Positions 53,345 to 64,000 of a stretch of 64,000 nucleotides of DNA are shown here, piece by piece; positions within the stretch are counted from its first letter, which is position 1, and each line of letters starts with the position of its first letter. The notes below the pieces were generated by a model. It saw only the letters and a list, made by a program, of their open reading frames with translations. It searched no databases and was not told the DNA's origin. The position numbers and the translations under genes are program-made. Source of the stretch: Phaeosaccion multiseriatum (taxonomy: Eukaryota; Protista; Ochrophyta, other classes); NCBI GenBank assembly GCA_965112735.1, contig OZ218964.1, forward strand, positions 1,860,001-1,924,000, read 5' to 3'.

Positions 53345-56300
53345 ATGGCTGCGATCCTGAATATATCGCCGCCTAGGGCTGGGCGGAAGGCCTTGGCGCA
53401 ATTGAGGTGAGAAGCGCTTTATGTCTTACCCTGTCCCACCCACACTCACCCTGTCTTGACCTTTGTCCGTGGTCTATGCCTGCATTCAGTCTAGAGGCAC
53501 CAGACTTGCCGCCTCAAGGGCACCGCCTGGTGCTTGGGAGCTTTCAAAGCACCGTCACTGTCGACCTCGGCTCTGTTTCGGTCGGCACACCGCGCGAAGA
53601 GATTCTTCACATTGAGTACCCGAGCCAAGGTGTTCGGGACCATTTCTCTGTGTCCGTGGATACCTCCAAAGAGAGTGGATGCCTAAGAGTGGACTTTGCC
53701 AGCCTATGCCTGGAAAGGGGGCAGACTCATGACGCTAAGCTTACATACATGGCGTCAGACGTGGGCAAGTTCCGAGAGGTGCTCAAGCTCAAGATGGATG
53801 GGCGCTTCACGGTACCAGTGGTGATCCTTGGGGAAGCGATAGGAGGCTGCGCTAAGAGGGGGAAGGAGAATGAGGTGGTGGCGAATCGGGACGACCGAAA
53901 GCGCCGAAAGCGCTCTCAGCTATACTCATTTGTGCGGTCAAACACAGAGGGGAAGGGTGATGAAAACTATGAGAACAGAAACGCAAGCCTGACGAAAGGA
54001 GCCGCAAGCCTGACCTTTCGTCCTGGCCAGCCCGGCAAGAGCTGCAGTACGGGCGATAGCAGCACCACTGCAAGGAGGACCCACAGCGTAATTCGAAAGA
54101 AGGGCCGAGGCTCGGGGACGAGGAATCCCCTCCCTTCCACCTCCCGCCTCCTCTCCAAGTCTCTCGTCGACAAGAGTTGGGCGGAAAAACAAGCCGCAGG
54201 CTTTACCAAATGGCTCAACTATGTCTTGGTCGAACAGCATGCGGAAGGAGAGACGGCAGCAGCTACTGGAGATGGGAGTGGGGGTTGCAAGACTGGAGGC
54301 ACCGTGAGTCCGCTGAGAGACGTGTACACCCTGCGGCGGAACGCAAGACTCAGGCAGGCAGCGTGGAAGCTGTTCCACTCCAAGCCGCTGCTGGAGGTGC
54401 AGTCCGTCGTCAGAGCGAGGATCAACGAAGGGAACATTGCTCTGCGATTGGATCGCGTCCTCCACGCGGATGTGGGGATGAGTGCGAATCTCGTTGACTT
54501 GATGCTCTCCTATCACCCGAGGTGGCTGCACCTCGGCATGGAGACCATCTTTGGGGAGATGATCCTCGTGCACGGTAGCGGTGGAGGAGGGCAGAGGGCG
54601 GAGCTGAGGCGCTTCGTGAGAGAGCGAGTCATTCAAGACCCAGACACAAAGGCCAAGTACGCCCCTGTGAGTCTGATGGCGAGTGGCGAGTCGGAGAAGA
54701 AGTACAACGAAGAGCTGGCCAAGCATACCCTCTTCACTGTCCTTGTCCTGGTTCACTTCTTGGACACTGCCAAGAGAGAAGACGTCCTTCCTCACGGGGT
54801 GTGTCTCTTTCGGGCCTCGTCGGAGGTGAAGAGTAGGTGAGTCGTGTTTGGGGGGAGGCGGATGAAGGGGAGGGGTGGTGGCGCAAACAAGTTTGACCCA
54901 TAGTTAACGCACAGAGCACTATTTGTTTCGCTCGCACGCTCTCTCCTCTGCAGCGAGCAAATGCTCAAGGCTCTGTGCGGGTTTCTTCACGGCGAGGGAG
55001 ACTTTGTCCGACACCTCAACAGTTTCGGGTACGCCGTGAGCCACAAGCAGATCTACGTTGACGAGGTCGACTATAGAGTGACCAACTTGGCTGTGGACCT
55101 TCGCGATGGCATCAAGCTGTGCCGTCTGGTGGATGTTCTCACTCATGGACCAGAGGCTCCCCTCACCTTGCGCTTGAGAGCCCCCGCAGTCTCGCGGCTG
55201 CAAAAGCTCTTCAACGTCGACTTGGCGCTTGGTCGTCTGAGACAAGGGGGAATCTTGACCTCCGTGGGCTGCAAGGATGTAGTGGACGGCAATCAGCTCA
55301 AGACACTGCAGCTCCTGTGGCAAATCATCGCCCGGCACCAACTGGCGTCTCTCTTTGACGTGGACGCCCTCATCGCCGAGATTTCAGCCATAACCGCAGC
55401 CTGGGAGTGGAGGACTGCTGTGGGGGTGGACCGAGAGTCTGTCTTACCCATGCCTTGCCCAGTTGGGAATACGGGAGGTGACCACCCTGCTGTCGAGATT
55501 ATCGATTTGCTTCTCAACTGGGCTCAGGCAATATGCCATGGCTTCGGCGTTCCCGTCGACAACTTCACCACATCCTTCGCCGACGGCCGAGCGCTGTGTC
55601 TCCTGATACACTACTACCATCCAGAGGTCCTGCCCCTCCGCAAAATGAGGAAAACTACAGCCCACCTACCCCACTCCTCAGCCGCAGCAACAGCAGCAGC
55701 AGCAGCAGCTGAGGGTGCTCCGGCGGGATCTTGGGGGGTTGACGGAGCTGTCGATGATAAGGCATGCAAGCTGGCTCTGGAAGGGGAGCATGCCAACGTG
55801 TGGCTGGCGAGTAAATGCCTGAAAGAGCTTGGTGGAGTTCCTCTTCTGCTGGAAGGGTTTGACAGCGTCAAGCCGCCTGAGGAAAGGAGCATGGCCACCC
55901 TTGTCGCCTTCCTCTGCAGCCGCCTGGTGGAGGCGAGTTCAGAGATCAGGGCCGCAATTCGTCTTCAGCGGGCGTTCCGGCGTCGGCTCAGGGCCAAGGG
56001 AATGGGAGATGTGGTGTCTCGGCAAATCCTGCCCTTCTTGTGTGATGCGGCGACACCCCCACGCCCTGTGGCGGTACGCTCAGAGCAGAGTGTTGTCGTC
56101 CCCTTCGCTGACATGTCGACATCGCATGAGACTTTCTCCTTCACACAACCTGAAATTGTGGCTGCTGGAAACCTGCAGCGGTGGTGGTCTCGAGTTTCGG
56201 GGAGGCCCTCGCACCGTCGGGCACGCAGAGGTGTTACGCTGCTGCAAGCACAAGTCCGGGGAGTGAAAGCAAGACTGCTTGTAGCGCGTGTCTTGCAGGA

Positions 56301-59300
56301 ACGCAGGCGTGCTAGGCAGAGAGAGGAGGCGGCGGAGAGAGATGAGGCTGCTCTTGCTATCCAGAGCGCGGTACGATGCTTGCTTGCTCGGAGGCGGCTT
56401 GGAGAGATGATGGCCAGGAGGAGGGCGGAGACGGAGCTGCTGGAGGTGAACGTGAAGGAGGCTCTAGTGACGTGTCTTTCCGCGATGTGGCGAGGGTGGC
56501 AGGCGAGGAAGCAGTACAGTCTTGCTCGACAACAGACGAAGGCAATGGTGATCCAAAGAGCCCTTAGAGGACATCACGCGAGAGTGGCCTTGGCGGAGAG
56601 GAAGGCACAGAGAGAGCTGCTGGAGCTGGATGTAAAGGAGGCTCTGGTGACGTCTCTTTCCGCCATTTGGAGAGGGCGGCAGGCTAGGAAGCGGTGCAGT
56701 CTTGCGCGACAAGAGATGAAGGCAGTGGTAATCCAGAGCGCCCTGAGAGGGTATCAAGCGAGGGTCGCCTTGGCCAGGAGGAGGGCCGAGAGGAGGGCAG
56801 AGAAGACTGAGGCTGCTGCTCTTACTATCCAGAGCGCGGTACGATGCTGGCTTGCTAGGAGGCAGCTTGGAGCGTTGACCTTCGCTCGAGAGCAGATGAA
56901 GGCGGTGGTCATCCAAAGCGCTCTGAGACAGCACCGCGCGAGAGCGGCGTTGGACAGGAGGAGGGCAGAGAGGAGGGCAGAGAGGAGCGAGGCTGCTCTT
57001 ACTATCCAGAGCGCGGTACGGTGCTTGCTTGCTAGGAGGCAGCTTGGAGAGTTGATCTACGCTCGACAAGAGATGAAGGCGGTGGTCATCCAAAGCGCCC
57101 TGAGACAGCACCGCGCGAGAGCGGCCTTGGACAGGAGGAGGGCGGAGAGGAGGGCAGAGAGGGTCGAGGCTGCTCTTACTATCCAGAGCGCGGTGCGGTG
57201 TTTGATTGCTCGAAGACGGCTTGGAGAGTTGATCTTCGCTCGACAAGAGACGAAGGCGGTGGTCATCCAAACGGTCGTGAGACGGCACCGCGCGAGAGTG
57301 GTATCGGCCGAGAGGAGGGCGGAGAGGAGGGCAGAGAGGAATGAGGCTGCTCTTGCTATCCAGAGCGCGGTACGGTGCTTGCTTGCTCGAAGGCGCCTTG
57401 GAGAGTTGATCTACGCTCGACAAGAGATGAAGGCGGTGGTCATCCAAAGCGCCCTGAGACAGCACCGCGCGAGAGCGGCCTTGGACAGGAGGAGGGCGGA
57501 GAGGAGGGCAGAGAGGAGCGAGGCTGCCCTTACTATCCAGAGCGCGCTGCGGTGTTTGATTGCTCGAAGACGGCTTGGAGAGTTGATCTTCGCTCGACAA
57601 GAGACGAAGGCGGTGGTCATTCAAACGGTCGTGAGACGGCACCGCGCGAGAGTGGTATCGGCCGAGAGGAGGGCGGAGAGGAGAGCAGAGAGGAGCGAGG
57701 CTGCTCTTGCTATCCAGAGCGCGGTGCGGTGCTTACTTGCTCGAAGACGGCTTGGAGCCTTGATCTTCGCTCGACAAGAGATGAAGGCGGTGGTAATCCA
57801 AAGCGCCCTGAGACAGCACCACGCGAGAGCGGCCTTGGACAGGAGGAGGGCAGAGAGGAGGGCGGAGAGGAGCGAGGCTGCTCTTACTGTCCAGAGCGCG
57901 GCACGGTGCCTGCTTGCTCGCAGACGGCTGGGAGCGTTGATCTTCGCTCGAGAGCAGATGAAGGCGGTGGTCATCCAGAGCGCCCTGAGACAGCACCGCG
58001 CGAGAGCGGCCTTGGACAGGAGGAGGGCGGAGAGGAGGGCAGAGAGGAGCGAGGCTGCTCTTACTATCCAGAGCGCGGTGCGGTGCTTGCTTGCTCGAAG
58101 ACGGCTTGGAGAGTTGATCTTCGCTCGACAAGAGATGAAGGCGGTGGTCATTCAAACGGTCGTGAGACGGCACCGCGCGAGAGTGGTATCGGCCGAGAGG
58201 AGGGCGGAGAGGAGGGCAGAGAGGAATGAGGCTGCTCTTGCTATCCAGAGCGCGGTACGGTGCTTGCTTGCTCGAAGACGGCTTGGAGCCTTGATCTTCG
58301 CTCGACAAGAGATGAAGGCGGTGGTCATCCAAAGCGCCCTGAGACAGCACCATGCGAGAGCGGCCTTGGACAGGAGGAGGGCGGAGAGAAGGGCAGAGAG
58401 GAGCGAGGCTGCTCTTGCTATCCAGAGCGCGGTACGGTGCTTGCTTGCTCGAAGACGGCTTGGAGAGTTGATCTTCGCTCGACAAGAGACGAAGGCGGTG
58501 GTAATCCAAAGCGCCCTGAGACAGCACCACGCGAGAGCGGCCTTGGACAGGAGGAGGGCAGAGAGGAGGGCAGAGAAGACTGAGGCTGCTCTTACTATCC
58601 AGAGCGCGGTACGTTGCCTGCTTGCTCGCAGGCGGCTGGGAGCGTTGATCTACGCTCGAGAGCAGATGAAGGCGGTGGTCATCCAGAGCGCCCTGAGACA
58701 GCACCGCGCGAGAGCGGCCTTGGACAGGAGGAGGGCAGAGAGGAGGGCAGAGAGAAGCGAGGCTGCTCTTGCTATCCAGAGCGCGGTACGGTGCTTGCTT
58801 GCTCGAAGACGGCTTGGAGAGTTGACCTTCGCTCGACAAGAGACGAAGGCGGTGGTCATCCAAAGCGCTCTGAGGCAGCACCGCGCGAGAGCGGCCTTGG
58901 ACAGGAGGAGGGCAGAGAGGAGGGCAGAGAGAAGCGAGGCTGCTCTTGCTATCCAGAGCGCGGTGCGGTGCTTGCTTGCTCGAAGACGGCTTGGAGAGTT
59001 GATCTTCGCTCGACAAGAGACGAAGGCGGTGGTCATCCAAAGCGCTCTGAGACAGCACCACGCGAGAGCGGCCTTGGACAGGAGGAGGGCGGATAGAAGG
59101 GCAGAGAGGAGCGAGGCTGCCCTTACTATCCAGAGCGCGGTACGGTGCTTGCTTGCTCGAAGACGGCTTGGAGAGTTGACCTTCGCTCGACAAGAGACGA
59201 AGGCGGTGGTCATCCAAACGATCGTGAGACGGCACCGCGCGAGAGTGGTATCGGCCGAGAGGAGGGCGGAGAGAGAGCTGCTGAAGGTGAATGTGAAGAT

Positions 59301-60030
59301 ATCTCTGGTGACATCTCTTGCCGCGATTTGGCGAGGATGGCAAGCGAGGAAGTGTGCCACAGCAGAGGTGTCTGCTGCTAGGGCTAGACTGGCTCAAGCG
59401 GCAGCGAGAGCCGGACTAAACGGCTGCGAGACTCTTGGCGCTCGAGTTCAGAGTGCTCTGTGGACTCTTCAGCACGCCAAGCAGCTCACTCACATCATGC
59501 GGGCCTGCCTGACCTTGGAGCTGAGCTCAAGGTACAGCCCCATATGCTGCCAAGTGCTCGCCCTGTCGGACGCACCCAAGGTAATGTATGCCTTGGTGAG
59601 GACGCTGAATAGGTCGCCCCCTCACCAAAAGATCTTGAGGTACATCTTGCTGACCATTCGCAATGTGGCAAGGCACCACAGCGACTTTCTGAGTGTTGTG
59701 GAGAACCCCTCCGAGGTCTGTGACATGTACGTGGACTTGCTGCAAGTGTACCGGGACAAGCCTGAGGTCTTCTTATTGGTGACCACCCTTCTTTACCACA
59801 TGGTTTCCTGTAATGTTGATGTGAGGAGGATTTGTCAGTCTCCTGCCATGCTTCAGCGCTGCAAAGGTGTGGAGGTGGCACTGGAGCACAGGGTTACGGC
59901 AGAGGTGAAGCGAGCGGCGGCGGCGGCGTGGGGGGGCGGAGGGGCGGGGGGGCGCACTAGCCTCGATCGAGCGAAGAAAAGTCTTAGAGCAACGCATCAG
60001 CTTGTGGTAGTGCTGAACCAATTCATTTAA
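53345..60030 (+). CDS. ASPM: Abnormal spindle-like microcephaly-associated protein (ASH, CH domains, IQ repeats, C-terminal Armadillo-like region)
   Basis: FTKWLNYVL, LMLSYHPRWLHLGMETIFGE, DYRVTNLAVDLRDGIKL, PAVSRLQKLFNV, NFTTSFADGRALCLLIHYYHP, IQ array, LVRTLNRSPPH. Confidence 0.93.
56809..59280 (+). repeat. ~14 x 177-bp tandem coding repeat (59 aa, two IQ motifs per unit)
   Basis: Unit EAALTIQSAVRCLLARRRLGELIFARQEMKAVVIQSALRQHRARAALDRRRAERRAERS counted 14 times in ORF 54961..60030. Confidence 0.93.
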
Positions 60031-60053
60031 CTTCTAAAGAAATCAATTCCTAA

Positions 60054-62508
60054 TCATTTCCCCAACCTGGCGCACAACCACTGCTCTTGGCCCTCCAGCG
60101 GAAAGTGCCACGCCCTGGCTGCCTGTGCACTGCTTTCTTCTCCGTCACAGTCACTCATAGACACTTGGGTCCGCCTAGAGAACACCGGGGGCTCGCACAG
60201 CTCGGCTTTTCTCTCCCTCCCTGCAAGAGCAGGGCCAAAGCCAAACGTGACCTGTGGGCAGAGAGTGGAGTGTGGATGAGTGGGGCAGGAAAAGAGGAAC
60301 ACAGTTCGGAAGTGCCAAGGCCAATTTCGGTATCCAATACAACACCAGTGACGTGTGCTGACTGACTGACCTGATGGCGCTCCCTCCAGCGCAAGAAGGA
60401 CCTGTGGCTAAGCATGCTAAAGTGGTGGTCTCTCATCTTGTCGTTGGTCACGATGAGCGCGCGACCTTCAAGCCACACCGCGGCGTAGAGCCAGTACCAA
60501 TCGTCATTGTTCCTTGGCGGACAGGCATACAGTTGGTTCTTCTCCCTCCACCGTGTCGCCACAGCCAACGCCTGGATGGGTGGGGAACGAACTCGTCAGG
60601 AGGAAAGTGGGATAGCCGCAAACCGGACACGGGGGGGGGGGAGGCAAAGGGTGTGTGCACGTACTTGCGGCGACAACTTCTTTTCAGCCAAGTGGCGGCT
60701 GTGCAGCACGATGAGCACTTTCTTGCCTCGCTCCTCGTACTCTCGAACGACGCAGTCAATTTGCAGTAGATCAGCGAGCCCCCCCTGGGTCTTTCCTGCC
60801 CCGGCACCCTTCTTGAAGTACCCTATGTTGGCACCGTCCAGAAGCACGCTGAACGCATCCTTGCCTGCCGTTAAGGTGTGTTACGTGCCCCATTGCAAAG
60901 CATGAGTTGTCGTCAACATGTGGGCAGGAGTGCAGTCTTATGTGAGCAGTACGTACCTCTCTCTGAGAGCCACTGTAGAAACTGACTCCAGGCCTGCTTC
61001 CGCTGGGGATCAACGGAGACGAGCTCGTCCACCTGCAGCATGCACAAGGAATCATTCACTCTAGTTGGACACAGCAACAGCAGGGATAGATATGCAGCCT
61101 TTCAGCTGGACGCGCTCACCTGAGTCAAGAGTCGAGATTTGTCTGCCTCAGACACCTCAATAGACTTGAGCATCTCCTTGCAGCATGCGCAGCTTCCTTG
61201 CTGGCTCACAGCGGTCTCATTCAACTTCCACTGCTGCTGGCCGTCTTCAACGGCGGAGAGGGACCGAAACAGTGCCTTCAGAACTTCCCAACTGGAGATA
61301 CATAGGAGAGGGAACACACACACACAGAATGGGATAAATGATTGTGCGCGCCACAGAAAAACAAGGCCTCTATCGCACACACACACACCTTTGCACACTG
61401 CCCGGAACCAACACATCTTCCATGTAGTTAGGGAGAACGCTTGCCACGTTTTGCAGCAGACTGGGATCCCCATCGGGTGCCGCGGCGGCGCACACCTTCA
61501 GGAGGAGCAGGTACTCCTTCTCGCCCAGCGTCAGGCCGTCTTTGCTAGCCCCCCTCCAGAGGTCAATGGCTGTCTGCATGCGCTTTTCGGAAACACAAGC
61601 CTCCCAAATGGCAGAGTACGAGCGTAGCCTTTAACAGGGTCGATGGGCGATGCAAACAGACAACAGTGAATGAGCCATGGCCACGGAAGGGAAGCTCGCG
61701 ACATGGCTCACCTGGGGTCGACACCCGCCCCCTTCATTTCCTCGAGAGCACCCACAGCACGGTCCAAGTGCTTATCGTTGCACAGGGCCCTGATGAGGGC
61801 TGTATAGCATGATTCCCCCAGAGCCGCCCCCCCCTTTCCCTCCTTGTGCAGCGCTTTCATATCATCAAAGATCTGACGGGGAAACAGCGGCAGCGGTACT
61901 TGAGGCGGGCGCATATGCACACGAGAAGGCGTCAATCGTGACTGTAAGCTCACCTCACACACAGCAATCCTAGCCGCCGACGGGTGGGCCCGCGCCGACC
62001 CCCCATGGTCCGGAACGAGGTCACTACCAGACACGTCCGCGTCAGCCCAGCCCTTGCCTTCCGAGACTCCTCCACAGACAGCCAAGAGTATATTGAACAC
62101 CTACACCGCGCGTCACGAGACCGTCGAAGGTAAGGTCGCACAGTCGCCCTCTCCCCCCTCCCCCCCCTCGTCCTCGTCCTCCTCCTCCTCCTCCTCCTCC
62201 TCCTCCCAGTCGTTCCACGTCACCTGTTGGTCTACCCGTACGCCAGACTGCTTCATAAAGTTGTACACGTCCAACGCACCCATCATATCGTTCGCTTTAC
62301 ATAGCTCCACTATTCGTTTCCGGCAAGCCATGGCCTGCAGGCCGGACACACCAAGTTTTCTCCTCTTCTTGATCGGGATGCCCAGCTCCACCTCTACTCC
62401 AGCCACATTGATCGTAGCATCCAAGTCCTCCACCACAGAATCGCTGCTGCCGTAGTCCTGCTCCTGCTGCGTCCCCTTCCCAGCCCCTTCTTCTCGTTCC
62501 CGCTTCAT
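60054..62508 (-). CDS. PRORP: Proteinaceous RNase P (PPR plus NYN nuclease); N-terminus may extend to ATG 62712
   Basis: PPR-like helices (FNILLAVC; YTALIRALC), CxCC zinc site, LLDGANIGY, PRNNDDWYWLYAAV, IVTNDKMRDHHF, FLRWRERHQV, WHFP...WLCA. Confidence 0.92.
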
Positions 62509-62861
62509 CGTGTGATGGGTAGTGGACGATGTGAAGAAGAGACGGTCGAATCCGAACGTACGCCATCCTGTGACGCACTCCGTTACTTTCTCACTCTCTT
62601 GCCTTGATTGCCCTGCCCTCCACAAGCAGGAGCATCCAGCAGTATCGTAGCATCCGAAGCACCCAGCAGCAGCAGTAGCAGCATCCAGTAGCAGTAGAAA
62701 GATCCTGGCCATCTAGAGCACACCAACAAACCCAGTTGGTACCAACACACAACGGCAGGTGGGAGTTCAGGGGAAGAGAGGAAGCCGCACAGCAGAATCA
62801 GCATCAGCAGCAGCAGGAGGAGAAGCAGCAGAAGCAAGGAAGTGGTCGTCAAGGTGTAACC

Positions 62862-63377
62862 ATGGGGGACGAGAAGGGGCAACCCAAGGTGGTGGAGGTG
62901 GTGCTGCCGACATACGTAATGTCCCCGGACGAGACCAATCGCTTCTACCCTTCGGAGGTGAAGGCGGTTGCCGATCGGGTAGTGAAGGCCGAGCTAGAGG
63001 GGAAGGAGTACGACGAGCAAGATGCGAAGGAGTGGTCGCTGAACATTGCAGATGGTATCCGGGAAGGTGTGAAAAGGCTTCAAATCCCTCGGTAAGAGAT
63101 GAGGGAGGGATGGGGGTTGGTTGTCACATGTCCCATTCTCCGTCTGCTTCGTGTCCTCCTAACAAGGTCTGCGTGTTGACCCCCCTCACTGGGGCTTGTG
63201 CTGTGTCACAGTTACAAAGTTGTTGTACAGGTGACTATAGGACAAGTGCGGGACCAAGGAGTAAGAGTGGCGTCCCGTTGTTTATGGGACACGGCAACGG
63301 ACAACTACGCGTCGGCGTCTCTGAAGAATCAAAGTCTGTGGTGCTCGGCCATGGTCTTTGGGGTGTACACAGAATGA
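62862..63377 (+). CDS. Tctex-1 family dynein light chain (TCTEX1D2/DYNLT2B-like)
   Basis: PTYVMSP...RFYPSEV...IPR|YKVVVQVTIGQVRDQGVRVASRCLWDTATDNYAS...WCSAMVFGVYTE. Confidence 0.9.
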
Positions 63378-63402
63378 ACTGATATTATTGAAGTTATACG
63401 AA

Positions 63403-64000
63403 CTACTGAGCGTTTTTGGGGGCCCGAAGGCGGGAGAGGAGTTCCCTTAGCCGCGAGTTCTTCGTTCGATTGGCCTCTGCACTGCTGCTGCTGCTGCTGC
63501 TGCTGCAAGCCAGGAAGACAGGTCTCTCAAATTCCTCCAGCATCTGCATCACGATTCTCACCCCGCTGGCTTTAGGCCCACTCGCAGCCATCCGCGCAGC
63601 TGGCAAAAGGGCTCTCGTCGTGGCGTTCGTCGGTGACGAAGCTTCCTCGGCGTCGGCTGGCCCCGTGCGGGGCGAATCTGTTACTTCATCCACGACTGAT
63701 TCGTAAAGCCCGCCATAAAGGTCCCCGTCTTCCGCGTCATCCTTCTCTTCTTCATCTTCGTCCTCCGCCGTTTTTTCCTCCTCCTCTCTCACCTCCGGGA
63801 CACCATCCTCCTTCTTAACTTGCAGATGCTCACTTTCACCCTTCGATTCCCCCAGGACGTGTGTGGAACATACTTGCATTCCTACGGGTCCATCGACGAG
63901 ATGGCCATCACCCTTGCCTTCCAGCGCTCCAATCTCGTCCAGGTCATCTGCGTCTAAATTCTCACGGCCGCCACACCGCTTCGTCGCCACGTCCCAGAAA
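63403..64000 (-). CDS. 3' end of an unknown acidic low-complexity protein (continues beyond the window)
   Basis: Long open frame with acidic low-complexity sequence ending at stop 63403. Confidence 0.5.
   Translation of the reverse strand, partial: FWDVATKRCGGRENLDADDLDEIGALEGKGDGHLVDGPVGMQVCSTHVLGESKGESEHLQVKKEDGVPEVREEEEKTAEDEDEEEKDDAEDGDLYGGLYESVVDEVTDSPRTGPADAEEASSPTNATTRALLPAARMAASGPKASGVRIVMQMLEEFERPVFLACSSSSSSSSAEANRTKNSRLRELLSRLRAPKNAQ

Noticed and set aside
56464-59397. Long antisense and alternate-frame ORFs in ASPM
   Set aside because: Shadows of the 177-bp tandem repeat.

Overview
Gene-dense, intron-rich eukaryotic nuclear DNA with short GT-AG introns and about 23 genes. The host is most likely a flagellated photosynthetic stramenopile (ochrophyte): violaxanthin de-epoxidase carries an ASAF-type plastid-targeting signal, and DRC1 and a Tctex-1 light chain are present. 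Most genes are housekeeping: a carotenoid oxygenase, an SLC35D-like transporter, DRC1, ClpX, a NAA10-like GNAT, a CEP57-like protein, PWP2, a SET/LSMT methyltransferase, 3R-MYB, a TUL1-like RING ligase, MMS19, PTGES2, VDE, DCTN4, CSN7, a calpain-like protein, malic enzyme, ASPM and PRORP. Two things stand out. (1) A two-component set of non-autonomous TIR elements with 5'-TC...GA-3' ends and 6-bp target-site duplications. TAGGCC-rich 'A' elements are paired at both loci with small CTGATTA-repeat 'B' elements. At 11.6-13.3 kb two B copies bracket a perfect (GGGA)301 tract nested inside an A element; at 33.8-34.4 kb an A and a B element abut with overlapping TSDs. (2) An in-frame fusion of a divergent myo-inositol-1-phosphate-synthase-like enzyme to a PfkB sugar kinase. 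All calls come from reading the sequence by eye; no database searches were run.
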